From Camelus dromedarius (taxonomy: Eukaryota), in NCBI RefSeq assembly GCF_036321535.1, contig NC_087436.1:15066001-15130000 (forward strand): a stretch of 64,000 bases of DNA, read 5' to 3'. Below are positions 38,038 to 51,859 of this stretch, piece after piece (the stretch's first letter is position 1; each line of letters opens with the position of its first letter). The notes under the pieces were generated by a model, which had not been told where the DNA came from, searched no databases, and was given only the letters and a program-made list of their open reading frames with translations. A program made the translations under genes and the position numbers.

Positions 38038-38936
38038 CTCCCTTTCACACTGATGCTTAGATGCTATCTGCATTGAAACAGCCATCAGCTAACTACATTC
38101 GAGTCTAGAACTTCCTAGATTTCCCATATTTGAGCCTCTGAGACTGGCTTGCTTGTGGTTGCTGTGAGTCAGCCCTGGAACTGAGAACAGAAGGCAGAAC
38201 CAGGCTAGCTGTACCTCTAGCCACAAGGACACTCTCCCTCTTAGATGAAAGGGCTCTAATTAAAAGGCAGGAAAGATCAGATACCTGTAGAGTTCACTGC
38301 TGAAGGTAGCTGAAAACCAGGCTCTCAAAGTCGCTTTGCTTCTGACTATTCATACTTCAGAAGGCTAATTAACTATGACAAGGTGACCACTGGAAGCCAT
38401 TTTCATAAGGATGACACAGTGACGGATGGGTCCATGCTGTTCCAGCGCCATTGCTAAAATAGATGTGACGAGTCGAGTTCCAATTACTTAGATGCACACA
38501 CAATACAGAGGTGTCTTTAAAGCCACAGAACCCATTGCAACAGCTGACATGTGTCACATTTCTGTACTTAAGGGCCACGCTCATGGGCCAGTGACATACT
38601 GAGCTATGTCTGGCAAAGTGTCTGGCAGCTGGAATGAGACCCAACTGTATTTTGTTGCTTCAGGGCTTTGGATACCCAATGGGGGGTCTGTGCAATAGAA
38701 AAATCCAACCAAGGGCAATAGTTTCCCATTTCCAACATAGGAAATGTGTGTGTTTGTGTGTGCATCCTGCCTAAGGCTGCCCCACCAAGTGAAAAATGCA
38801 TGTCCCTACTAGCCTGGCTTCGTCACTCCATGGCCTTTATGATTTTGTTGGAATTTGTTTGGTCACAGGTTGGTCTCAGGTGTGGCTACACACTTTAGAG
38901 CAAAATTTGGAAAATGAGTCTCAAAAGGTCTTAAAT

Positions 38937-39142
38937 CTGGGGTGGCAAAATTTTCCCCCAAGAGCTGAATAGTAAATATTCTTGATCTTTGCAGGTCAAG
39001 AGGTAACAGTAAGAATATTACCTAGGCATTTATATAACCATGTAAAATGTAACCATTCAAAAATGTAAAAACCATTCTTAGCTCATAAAAAAATAGGCAG
39101 CCAGCCAGACGTGGCCCGCAGGCCACAGTTTGCCAAACCTTG
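38937..39142. mobile_element. MER58C-like hAT-Charlie DNA transposon
   Basis: Terminal inverted repeats ctggggtggcaaa / tttgccaaaccttg; degenerate 8-bp TSD tcttaaat / ctttaaat. Confidence 0.8.
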
Positions 39143-39274
39143 CTTTAAATAAACAAAATTGTTAGATTTCTCACTAGTGCTCTATTTCTGCAGGAACAAT
39201 TCTCTTAGTTGCAGAAATATCTCTTAGGTACAGAAAATCTGATCCTAAGAGTTTAAAAAATAAGTTAATTCAAA

Positions 39275-39512
39275 ATTATGTGCAGTAATATATTAAATAT
39301 ATTATAGTACATTAATATATATTATCATATGTGTAATATAATATATAATAATATACTATATGACATGTTCATATGTAATAGATTATATTAACATATGCAG
39401 TTTGTAGTATATAGTAACATATGTTAATATAATCTATTGTGTTAATTAACATAGTTAATAGGATAATAAATTAGAATAATAAATTATACATAGCAATATA
39501 TTGATTATTATT
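39275..39512. repeat. AT-rich low-complexity tract containing a perfect 21-bp inverted repeat
   Basis: Arms at 39377-39397 and 39418-39438. Confidence 0.85.
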
Positions 39513-41652
39513 TCTTCCAATTCAGTTTTTTTCCCCTCAAACAAAAGCTAAAGCTGCCATATTTGTTTCCTGATGTTACCGCTCACTCACAGCTCACTGA
39601 AACCTCCCAGTCTTATAAATTCAGGGTGTAGGCTCGAAGGTGAAGAGCTACTTGTGTAAAAAATGTAACAAACACTTTGATTTCATTATTTGAAGAGTAG
39701 GGAGAAGAGTTTCAGAGTCTCTATTTTAGTCATCTGCTGACCTTCTAAATATCTTTTCTATGAGAAAATTGAATACTCTGCGGCACTAACACTTCCAATT
39801 TAAGATGTTGAATAGGTAATACATTCGCATGATTCAAGAATCAAACCTACACAAAGACATATATTCTAAAAACTCTTGCTGCCCGCCACTCCCATCCACC
39901 CTGCAGATAATCCTGGGTGTGCTTCCAAGGTTTCTGGATGTAAATACAAGTATAAATTCTTGTTTTCATCTTTTTATTATCCAAAGGTAGCCTACTCTAT
40001 ACTCCAATTTGTACTTCTCTCTCTCTCTCTCTCTTTCACTTATAATCTATCCTGGAAATTTTTCTACATCAGTAGATAGAGATGGGGCATGGATTTAAGG
40101 CAATTAAAATTCAGCAGATTTATTTTGTAAACAGCTTATTGAGCTGTTTTCACTCTCTGTGGGTATGGAAATGAAATTGTCTTAATTTTTCCCAACTGTC
40201 TCCAACTCTACTAAGTCAAACTCCTTTTTCTCACTAGATGGTAGCTCTTGTAACATTTCCACCTGATTCCAAAACTTGGCAATGACTTCTGGTTTTTCAA
40301 ACAATCACTTTCAGTTTTTGAGGCTAACTGAAAGGCTCACTGCACACACTGTCACATGGACTGGACTTGAGTCCCTAGAGGCTTAAAGAGGGACAGTCAT
40401 CTGGTGCAGGCGGTGGGGCAGGGTATCTGTGTTCACACTCATCTCCTCTCCACTAGGTGCTGGGGCAAGGACAAGGAACAGGGGCCAGGAATTTCTCCTT
40501 GTGCTGCTGCCATGAAGGAGCTGCAGCCTTTCTCTGGGGTCAGTCATTAACTGCATCTGGCTCACTGCCCATGGGCTCTAGGCTAGTACAGTGGCTCCAC
40601 AATGTTGTCAGTGATTTAAACTCTTTCTAACTTGTTCTGCCATCCTGAGGGTATGAACCCCTTTCATTCTCATTCTCACAAAACAACTGCTGGAGCTCCA
40701 GCCCTCACATCATAGTTCCAAGAAATAAAAAAGAGGAAAAGAGCAAAAGGAAAACAGAACTTTGCCTATAACAGGAAAGCAAAATCTTCCCAGAAAAACC
40801 CCAGGAGGCTTTCACTCATTGGCCAAACCTGTCTTACTTGAACAAGGTGAGCTGCAGGAGGAGCTTGGCAATGTTGTTTTTAGCCAGGTAAATTGCCCCC
40901 TCGAAAAGAATTGGAGTTCTCTTAGTAAGGAGGAAGCTGAGAGTAGCTGTTAGTAGACAAACAACAGCCTCTGTCACCTGGGTCTTTGCAAGTATTAGCA
41001 CATTTTCCAGTGAACCACCAGTTTGTGACCTTGTAGTATTCCTCTGCTAGCCACATGTCTTACAAGTGTGTAACCCTCCAGCTCATCTACCCTACTACTC
41101 CCACCTCCAGAGCCTCCTGTCATATTTAGGATCTACCTTCAGTACTTCCAGAGACCAGAAACCACAGAGAGTGCCCTGGCTCCCCTCTCTGCCCATCCTG
41201 CCAGCCTAGCCATCTCTCCCTTGCCTCCAAGCCCCAGCAGTGTCAGGTGCTCTGCCCTTCCAGAAGCTCAGCAATCTGCAAACAGACTAATGAAGGGTGA
41301 TGGTTTGGCTGGCCCAGCTCTTAGGTGGGAACACCTAGGGAGTCACTCCTCCCCTTCACAAACACTGCATTTCCCCCTCCTGCCCAGGTCGTCCTGAGGG
41401 GTGGATGGTGTGGTGTGGCTGTGACTGGCCACCATCATTGGTGCTTTCCTGAACTTAGATTGTCATTGATTTAGAGACTTTTACTCCCGGTCTTAGGTTT
41501 TAGATGAAATTCTGGAGTGATGAGATCCCGCATGGCTCCCAACATACCCAGACCTTTGCGTAAACTTTTCACTACCTCTGGGTGTCCCCTCTGCTCCCCA
41601 CAGCAGACATCCCGTCACCCTCCCTGATGGTGCAGTTCTGAGGTTAACATTC

Positions 41653-42485
41653 TGAGACTGCGATTTATAATAAGAAATATATATTTGGTATTCATCCTGT
41701 TTTTGGCACAAAGTCTTAAAACCCTTGGAATTTCCCAAGTGATAAGAGCAATACAGCTGTCTTGATGTTCATAACAAACCCCTTTCAACCACATCGGAGT
41801 TTATGTTAATGAAGTGACTTTTGGACAGCACCTAAGGTTGCTAGGGGAAACAATCTTGTGATTGGAGGATTGGAACTTTCAGTCCCGCCCCCCTGACCTC
41901 CAGGGATGAGGAGGGGCTAGAGTTTGAATTGCTGTCCAATGGCCAATGATTTAATTAATCATGTCTGTGTAATGAAGCTTCCAAAAACCCAAAAGGATGG
42001 GTCAGAGGGCCTCTGGATTGGTGAATACATGGAGATGTGGGGAGACTGGTGCACTCAGAGGGCAAGGAAGCTCCACACCCTTTCCCTACGCCTTGCTCTG
42101 TTCATCCCTCCATCTGGCTGTTCCTGAGTTTCATCCTTTTCTAATAAACTGATGACCTATTAAGTAAAATAATTCTCTGAGTTCTGTGCTAGAGTTCCAC
42201 TTGAGAAAATGAATCAAACCTAAGGAGGGGGTCATGGGAACCTTTGAATTGTAGCCAGTTGGTCAGAAGCAGAGGTGACAACCTGGATTTGTTATTGGCA
42301 TCCAAAGCGGGGGCAGGGGAGGGGCAGTCCTGTGGGAGGAGCCCTTAACCTGCGGGATCTGATCCTCTCTCCAGGTAAGCAGTGTCAGAATTGAGTTGAA
42401 TTGTAGGGCACCAGGCTGGTGTCAGAGAATTGCTTGGTGGTGTGGAAAAAATGCCACATGTTGGAATTAGGAGCAGAATTGTACC
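41653..42485 (+). mobile_element. MER21-family LTR
   Basis: ataataagaaatatatatttggt...aaaacccttggaatttcc...ggccaatgatttaattaatcatg...taataaactg...agtgtcagaattgagttgaattgtagg. Confidence 0.88.
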
Positions 42486-44397
42486 TACTACTCTGACCTT
42501 CAAGCCCCGTTATTTTTTTTCACAAGTATTTATAACGACAGAGGCATCAGACATAAATGCACACATGCACTGTCTCAACCAGAAGAAGGCTGCCTGGCTA
42601 AAATCAAGCTAGTTCCTGGACTTGAAACAGTTGTTGGGCTTTGAGGCTTGTTGCTTCTATCCTTGCAAAAGGGTGGTAAGTCCTTATCTGGGGAAATAAA
42701 ATAATCCACATCACCTAAAATACCTAGTAAAATACCTAGTTCGTTTCCTCTTACGTTCTGACCTTTGTTTAGTGCATAAGGGATCTGGGAGCTTGGAGGG
42801 AGCTTAGGGTGTGTGTAAGTGGGACACAAAGAAAGCAGATTCTCTAGGAGTCTTCTTATCAACCCCAAGCCCATATCTCAGGCCCTTCTTTCATCCTCCT
42901 CCACCGCTGCCCTCCCCCAAATTCCTGTCTCCAGGGACACATCAGCCCTCTACCCCGGATTTTTATCCTTCAACCATCAGAGCAATTTGGGCTGTTTTTG
43001 TCCTGGATTTCATAAGGGAACAATATTTTCAGCTTTTCAGGTTGGAGGCCTAGCTATAACCAGGAGGGACTGATTCTAAAAAGCATTCCTGGCCAGAGGA
43101 CTTGATGAAGGCAAATCCATTTGAAGACCACATAAAGAGTTCCACCATCCCCGCTCCCAGACCCCAGAGCCTGGCCCAGTCCATTTCAGCTCCAGGGCTG
43201 GAGAGCAGTCATGCTGTCCTCTCTGATCCACAAGAACTCTGGAACTCCAGGGTATTACCTCCTACCCTGACTAGAACGTATGCTCCGTGCATGCAGGGAT
43301 TTCGGTTTGTTAATTCCATGCTGTAGCCCCCATGCCTAGAACGATGCTGTCACGCAAATGCACAGTGAAAGTTTGTTGAATAAATGAACATCATCGGCCC
43401 CAGGAAAGACAACCTTGGGACCAGAGCGGTGCTGTAGCTGACCCTTGGCTTGGACCTGGATCCCGGCCACTCACCTGGAGCAAGCTCAGATCTGACCTGC
43501 CCCACTTGGAAGTGTGCACCAGTGGCTGGCCCAGAATCCTATAGGAATTTGGATCTGGGGCCATGAGACTGTGCTCATTACTGTTTGATGTGTGCACCTG
43601 CGCCCTGGGACAGAGCGCAGCGGCCCGCTCACCTTCCCATCGCAGCTGGGAAGTCATGTTACTACAGCCTCTCCTTGCATTATACCAAATTCTCGCAGTG
43701 CACAGCTTCTGCTTCTGAGCAAACAGCTCATCTTGCTTTTTAAAAAGTGAAGATAACTCAGTTCACCGGTCAAGCTTCCCGATGAATCAGTTGGGCACTG
43801 AAGATGGTTTCATTATTGTACTTTTTTTAAAAGGTGGGAAAAAAAGACAAGAATGAAAAGAAAGGCTTATGTGGCTTATAGTTGGAGCATTTCTCTTCCG
43901 AACCTTTAGAAATTTTCCTTGTGAGGCTTAATGCAGCAAAGGCTAGAGTGGAAAATGTGCTTATCTTCGATCTCAGATGCCAGGCAGTTTAATCAATCCA
44001 GCATGGGTTAAGTTTAATATTATCTGAAGCCGGAGCCCCTTGGTCTAATCTCAAGTCAAAGGGGTAACTGAACATCTTTTCATGTGGACCACTGCTGACT
44101 TTTTTTTTTAATTAGCAGAACTAGGACCAAAGGACAACTTTAAAGCCGACGTTGTTAAACTTTATAAGCTGAGAAGTACCTATCTCTGCTTAATGGAGAA
44201 AACAAAGATTTACATGAACCTAGAGGAACCCCAGAGTTCCCTAAGGAAGGCTTATCCAGTTCCCCAGAGAGCTTCTGTGCAAAATGTCCAGGATGGAATT
44301 TGGAAAAATGGAGACAGGGGAGTGTTGATTTAATGGGGGAGTATTAAAATATTTCAAAATTAATTTCCTCAGTGTTTAAAATCCCCCAGTAGCTCCT

Positions 44398-44777
44398 TGT
44401 GACGAACTGAGCTGTGCCCCTGCCCCCAACAGATTCATATGTTGGAACCCAAGCCCCCAGTGTGGTGGTATCAGAAGGTGGAGTCTTTGGGGGGTAAGTG
44501 GGTTTAGATGAGAACATAAAGATAGACCCCCAAGTGGGGTTAGTGCCCTTATAAGAAGAGACACCAGAGCTGCTTCTCCCTTCTCCCCACCATGTGAGGG
44601 CGCAGCAAGAAGGCAGCAGAGTCTGCAAGCCCGGAAGAGGGCTTTCAACAGAACTTGACCACGCCACCCCCTAACCTCGGACTGGATCCAGCCTCCAGAA
44701 CTGTGAGAAATGAATGTCTGTTGTTTAAGACATCCTGTCTATGGTATTTTGTTTAGCTGTCCAAGCTGCCTGAGACA
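44398..44777 (+). mobile_element. MaLR LTR, MLT1A0-like
   Basis: TG...CA termini, TSD ctcct / ctcat; gtgcccttataagaagagacacc; ccagcctccagaactgtgagaaat. Confidence 0.9.
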
Positions 44778-44789
44778 CTCATTTCACAG

Positions 44790-45280
44790 GCTGACATCCA
44801 CCCACAAGCTCTGAATGACCCCCCTCCTTAATCTTCACCTCATTTTCCCTGTTCCAGCCCATCGCCCTCCTGGCACAGACCAGCCATACTACTACCTCAG
44901 AGCCTTAGCATTAGCTGTTCCCTACCTTGGAATCTCTATTCCAGGTACCCACATGGCCTGGCTCACTCCCTAACATCCCTCATGTCTTCATTCAATATCA
45001 CCTTCTCAGTAAGGCCTTCCCTCACTCCATCTAAAACCCCAACAGCAACCCATATGGCCTGTCTTCTGTTCTGCTTTGTTCCCTCCACAGTGTATATGTA
45101 CCTTTTTCTCACTTGATCTTGTGTATTGCCCACCTTCCCTAGTAGATCATAACTTTCATAAGGCTAAGAATTTTTGTGTTTACGGCTATATCCCTAGCAC
45201 CTAGAAGAGGCCTGGTACCTAAAAAGCTCTCAGATCTTTTTATTGAATGAATAACATGTGAATGAATCCATGAATGAACG
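44790..45280 (+). mobile_element. L2 3' portion
   Basis: cctcagagccttagcattagctgttccc...tcaccttctcagtaaggccttccc...gctatatccctagcacctagaa...tgaatgaa tail. Confidence 0.8.
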
Positions 45281-48200
45281 TAACTCATCCTCAACTTACC
45301 TAAATCTGAGCGCTAAACATATCTGTACACATCGTACAGGCTTAACTGTGTTTGCAGAGTGTTCTCCTCCTTCCAGACTTTCCGCAGAGTTCCATGGCTT
45401 GCTCCAGGTTGCTGGTAGAATGGACCAGATGCGAAGGATGCTAGACCCCCAATGAGTCAGGGCGAGAAGGCCCAAGAGGGTGTCTACAGAGCCAGCATCC
45501 AAGATGACATGGTGCTCTGAGCTCTCCTGGGCGTCTGGACAGGACCTGGGCGCAGCAACAAGGAATTAAGATGTCAGTCAAATGCTCAGGCAGGCTGTGA
45601 TTCTAATTCCACAAAATCTGTCCACATTTGCTAGGACCCTAGCCTGGGGGTCAAGTGTGGAACTCAGTCCCTAGGGGAGGAAACTGACCAGAGGGATGGA
45701 GGGTATCAGACCTTATGTGTGCAGTTCTAGAAGAGGAGGCACAGAGATGAAATCAGGAGCCTCCAAAGTGGTCCATCTCAGGATGTAGGGGACATGTCAC
45801 TCTGGGGAGGGGAGATGGCTCAGAGGGACCTTCACTAGGGTAGTTGGTTCTGGCTGCAGTGAAGGGACATGGGAGGGGCAGGGGCAGCTGTCCTCACTAG
45901 TCCCTGAGCCCCACTGGTTGGAATGAGAGGTGACAGTCTCCTTTGTCATGATTACACAGGAAGTAAAATAAGCCTGAGCCTCTGGGGTGCAGGCACCCCC
46001 AGGATAGAGCTGCAAGGAGTTGGGTAAGACCGAGAAAGAAGAGTGAACTAGGATCATTGATGCCACTATGGTTGTTCTAGTATTTTCATCATCTTGTCTC
46101 TAAGGGAGAGTTAAAGAATTGCATTTCTTCTCTCAAGAGCTGCTTCTTAACAGCACACTCATTTTGCTTCCTTCTCCCCTTCTGGTGCCCTATTCTGTCT
46201 GGTGGATGAATTTAAATTCACTGTTTTAAACACAGTTGCTTTAATGAAAGCTTATCCAGGGTCCAGAGGACTTACCCACCCCCTTGAGTCAGAGCTAACT
46301 TTCCATTCAGAGCTCAGGCAGGTGGTGGTGGTGGATTAATTAATTCTGCCTTTAAAAAGAGAAAGAAAAACCCTCGTCTTTCTTTTAGAACCATGATAAA
46401 CTATTTCTTTATTTTTTTTGTCAGTTTTATCAACGTTTTTTTTTAAGAGCTGAGCTCAGCTTTATTGGGTTTTTTTTTTTTTCCTGTGCCCTTTTGAGTA
46501 AAAAGAACTTTTATTAACACTCTTCCTTGTCTGTTAAGAGCCCAGATTCTGAATAAGATCTTCCTGGAAACCCTGAGTGATGGATAGCGCCCCAGCGCCA
46601 GCCTGGGTTTGCAATCAGCTGTCATAGCCAGGGAGCCTGGTCCCCCAGAAGCACCAGGTCCACAGGGACTCATGAGGTACAGACCTTAGATGTGCAGTTC
46701 TAGAAGAGGAGAGATCATTTCTCAGGGCTCTGCTTCTTTCATATAATTTTATGCTGCTCGGTTTGGATGTTTTTTCTTCGTTTGTGACCAACTGGAAGAA
46801 CTGGCTGCTTTAATCATATTCATTCTGCTGCTTCTGGTTGCCCTGCTCCAATGACTACATCCGGGGCGCCTTTGGGCCAAGGATCTCCAAGCTGCTCGCA
46901 AACATCCAGTAATTCTCATAACACTGTCTCTCTCTCCCTGCCCCCACCACCTCCTCTCAGAAGGAGCTCTCCATCCTTAACGCCAGGGAAGAAAACCAAA
47001 CCCTGAATTGGCCATTACTTTCCTTGAGTCACCAAAATTTAAGTGAAGCCTGGACTTAAGCTAATGCTCAATCCAGGTCTTCAGGACCAGCGAGGACAGC
47101 TGCTCTGCCCTTCCCAGGTCCCTTCACCGCAGCCAGAGCCAAACTCCCCTTGTACAAGCCTGACCTGAGTTCTTCTAAGCCTCCAAGAGTGACATGTTCA
47201 TAGATTCTGAGGTGGACCATGTGGACAGCCAGGCTTGGGGCATGCTCCCAAGTGCATTTCTGCATCAGACCCTGTCTTTCCCCTGACCTTGACAAGAAGA
47301 AGCACCATGGAGTGTATCCTGGCACCCACTCTCTTCCACCTGCCTGGCCACTGGGTCTCTGGGGTGGCATCTGCTGGGAGCAAATCTTTGCTTTCCTGAA
47401 CAGAGCTTTCTGCTACTCGGCCTCCTAGAACGGAATGCTTCTCTCTCTCTCTCTCTTTTTTATCTGAGCAAGCCGAAGCCAATTCCAACCAACTTATCTC
47501 TGTTGCAACTTTGCACGGCTGTTCAAGGTGGATTTTATGGTTATTCACAGCAGAGGGTGCCCCCAGCTCTGTTCTCCTTCCCCTCTCCCAAAGAGCCAGG
47601 CTTGACAAAGTAATTCTGCACAACTCCAGCACAGGCTCCGAACAGCAGGAAGAGCATCGGCGGTTCAGGGATAATACAGTAAAAGCCACCAGCTTGTTTT
47701 CTCACTGGTAGCCTTGTAGCTAAGTGCTAATGGTGTCTTCTGCTGAATTGATTAGGTCTATTGGCTGGGTTTCTGATACCCGGGCTGTTCTGCAATTAGA
47801 GAATACCTGCTGCTCTTCTGTCTTTCTACCTAATCATTACATAGCTCCTAAGTCAAGGTGAGACATCTCTCCCAACTCCTCTATTTGGAGATGAAGAAAC
47901 AAGAGCACTTCACGTAAAAAGCTCGTGGTAGGAAAGAACCAATGACCTTCTGAGGTCCACTCAGGTGCTCTACCCACAGTTCTCTGCCCCCAGGTTACTT
48001 TGGTCAATTACACCAGACTGGCTAGTCATCTCTAGGAGTGTTTGAACACATACTACGTAGAAGGAGGCTCAGTTTTCCACAAGAGCTGCAGAGATAGTGG
48101 GAGCAGGGACAGAGGCACTGAGTATCACAAAGTAGGAATGCTGGAGACGGAGCCTGCCTGCTGCTGTTGGACTTACATGATAAGCCAGCTGCCACAAGGG

Positions 48201-48927
48201 GCAAAGTTCCTGGATGTTCTGGTGGTTACACTGTGGGCTCTTCTAGGCATCCTGGGGGCCATTTGAGGTTTCTGGTCTTCCTGGTTTTCTCCTGAATCCC
48301 TACAGCCTACCCTCATTAATAAAAATAAACTGACCACTGCAGTGTGAATGAACCCAGCAAATAGTATCAACCACATTAACAAAAATATTTAAATGTTGGT
48401 TGTTTTTTTTTTCCTAATAGACATTTCATTAGGACCAGGGAAGACATCTTAGATTACATCATGGCTTGCACTTTTAAAATGTGCAGGTCCACATCCCATC
48501 AGCCTTCCTGAATTAAATCATAATTGAATCAGTTACAATAGTTAATAGATGTGGAAGCAGCTGGTACAAGTCTTGAAGTGAGTAAGAGTCCAATAAATGT
48601 AAATTTTTAATTTGGATATTGAAACTTATGATTGACACGTGACAGGCAAAATTTGGATCAGAGTTTCTGTGGGGACAGGCACTGTCTCCGGGATGTTTTT
48701 AGGACAGTGGATACTGCACCAGAACATGCAGAAGGGCTGAGGAGCCGGGTTCCAGGTCCTCAGAGAAGATCCTGCTCTAGGCCCTGTTAAGCCTTCTCTA
48801 GGGCAGGACTGAAATGTAAGCAGGGAAGTGGATGATGGAGACAGAAACAGGGAACAGTCAAGATGCTTAGAGCCTAGTCCAGACCATGGTAAAAAACAAA
48901 AAACAAAATCCCAGCCTCTAGAGGGAG

Positions 48928-49323
48928 TGTTATGGCCTGAATTGTGTCCTCCTAAAATTCGTATGTTGAAGTCTGAAGCCCCAGTACTTCAGAATGTACC
49001 CATATTGAGAGATAAGGTCTTTAAAGAGGTGATGAAGTTAAAATGAGGCCATTAGGATGAGGCCTTAATCCAATTGGATTGGTGTCCTTACCATAAGAGA
49101 AGGAAAGACACCAGGGGTGCCTGTGCACAGAGGGAGGACCACGGGCAGAGACAACCAGAGGGCGGCCACCTGCAAGTCAAGGAGAGAGGCCTCAGAGGAA
49201 ACCACCCCTGCCCGAACCTTGATCTTGGACTTCCAGCCTCCAGAACTGGGAGAAAATTCATTTCTGTGTTGATGCCATTCAGTCTGTGGAATCTTGTTAT
49301 GGGGGCCTAAGCTGACTAATACA
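48928..49323 (+). mobile_element. MaLR LTR, MLT1B-like
   Basis: tgttatggcctgaattgtgtcc...ggtctttaaagaggtgat...cttggacttccagcctccagaact...actaataca. Confidence 0.9.
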
Positions 49324-51859
49324 GAAAGGGAACAAGAAATGAATGAGAGTGAGATGAGCTGGGAATCTTTATCCAGCTCCTCAAGGGAAGGGGAAGGGGA
49401 CAAAAAGCATTTTCCATACATTATCTCAATCTTCACAAAGGCTACAGAAGAAATGTTATTATAGCATCACTCCACATTACAGATAAAGAAATTGAGGTTC
49501 TGGGAGATCAAATCACTTCTTCAGAATCACAGAGCAAGTATCTCTGTGCTCTGAATGGCCCAGAGTTTCACATCCATGGATTCAACCAGCAGTAGGAATA
49601 AGTGGGGAAGGGGTGGAGGACGCCTTCTGACACCAAAGCCTGGGGTGTCCCCACAGCACCATGCCACCCAGCAAATTACCCAGGCTGCCCAGGTGGTGTG
49701 GTGCCCCCTTTAACTGCCCTAGCACTCCCCAGTGTTGCCCAGTGTTAAAGTGTGAATGTAATTGTTTTATTCTACAATTATCTAGCTCTGTTTTTTTTGT
49801 TTCAATTATCTAGGCCTGTTCTTTTGTTTTATTTTGTTTTGTTTTGCTTTTTCATCTCACATCCCACATACAGCCCACCAGGAAACCCTGCTGGAGCCAG
49901 ATGCAACGATTCATCTGGAAGGTCACCCTCCCGACTGCTGCCACCTTGGTCTGAGCGCCCACCTCCCTGCGTTTCTGCCCTTCTTGGATACCTGCTGTAA
50001 GACTCCTTGCCCTACTGTAGCCATAGATGGATCTAAAACCTCATGTATCCCAAATGCCCAGAACAGTGTTCAGTAAACATTGGGTGAAGGAATGAATGGA
50101 TTTGGAGCTGACAGGACCCTAAAGTCTTTATGCTCCTCTCTCCCGGGGCCTGTCAGGGCACAGCTGTGACCCACCATCTCCAGTGTCCACTCCTGGGGCA
50201 GAATGCTGGATAACTCCTCTATTTCTGTCCTTACACCCCATTCTCTGGGATGCAACTTCTGTGCTGTGCATAAGTCTCAGTGAGGTATCCCAGCCCTCAT
50301 GTTCTGTTACGAATGCAAAAGCAGCTCTGGCTCTCTCCAGTCTACACAGAATGAAGATTGCAGCATCTGAACCTCCTACCAAGCAGCACTATAGTGCAAA
50401 CCCCAGTTAATGACCAGAACCCCCCTGCAATTCTTTTCATTGTGGTCAGAAGTGGCTGATGGCAAACATCATTAGAATAGCATGGGCTTAAAACTGAATG
50501 TGGGTGAATGTTCATAAGAAGAGGAACAATTAGTTCCTCCTCAGATGTTGACACTTAATTTCGAAGGCCTACTATTTATTATATCTTGTCTTGTTTAGGG
50601 CCCTTGGCAAATTGTTTGCATTTAACAAGTTTTCGACTCTCATGTCTCGTATTTCATACTCGAGAAGTCAAAGCAACACCTTTGATCAAAGTGGAATGTT
50701 TTAATTAAATAACCATAAAATTCCCCTCAAGGAAACAAAACCACCCCAAAACACAGTGAGCAGACTTTCTCATTGTTCTTTTCAATTCCTGACATTGGCG
50801 CAGTGTGGTCTCTACCCTGCTGTGATGTGTGTGTCCTAAGCCTGGCATTATCTTCACTCTAGGAACTGGGTCAGGACTGCCAAGCCCAGGTCATCATCAA
50901 ATCTCCTGGAAGCTTCCTGTGAAAGAGGAGATTCTGGGAGTTCTGATCCTGAGTACCAGTGATGGAGCCTGGAATCTGCTCCCCAGAGAAGCTCCCTGGG
51001 TGTTGCTGTGGGAACCAGACATGGGAATCGTTGTCTTAGTGACTTCCTCCAAGCAAGCTGAGCAAAGTGCTACTCTGCACACGGTGGCGTTCACTCCAAC
51101 AAAGGCAGTGACTTGGAGAGAAAGCAGAAAACTGAGCGTTACTGACAGTGAGGCTGAGGATTTGCTACGGAATCTCTAGAAGGGTAAGGACCTTGTTGGT
51201 CAAGTTCTCCATTGATCTCCAGTTCTTCACACAACACGGTGAATAAAAAATCACTGAGTAAATGAACTTACTCCAGCTGATCACTCTGCAAGTAGTCTTC
51301 ATTTCACAGACTTCTTACAAAAGCCAGGGAAAGTAGGTACTATTAGTTCTGTTTTATAGGTTGGCATACATATTGCTGTTCTGAGAAGTTCCTCAATTTG
51401 CCAAGAGTGCCTGAGAAAAGACTGGAACTCAGATTTGCTTAGCACCAAAGACCTGTCTATTGTGCACCCCTGCAGGGGGGTTGGGAGGGGCAGGTTGCGA
51501 TGGGTTCAGACTATACCAGCTACTGCCCTTCCCAGCCCCCTCCTGCTGTAGTAACCAAAGACTGCCACCCTATCAGTCTTCCTCCAGTCCCTCCCTCCAA
51601 GGCCTATCCTGACCCCATCTCCATCAGAAGGTACATTCTTGACTATGTCACACTGCCTCGAGCTAGGATTCTGTCATACACATCATAGCCCCAACCATCC
51701 ACATGTTTACAGAGCTGGACTCTCCCCGTTTTGGTTGCTTTCTTCCCAGTCCCGGCCAGGAGGGACTTGTCTGTCAGACCCAACTTCTCCTGGGCCCGTT
51801 GCTGGAATTCTCTCCTTTATCTGGGTCTCTGACAACCCGCCAGCCCTAGTTAATTCTCT

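Noticed and set aside
40230..40465. CTCF-like motifs (tcactagatggtagc, ccactaggtgctg; also ~61404)
   Set aside because: They have mismatches at informative positions and cannot be supported without matrix scoring or ChIP data.
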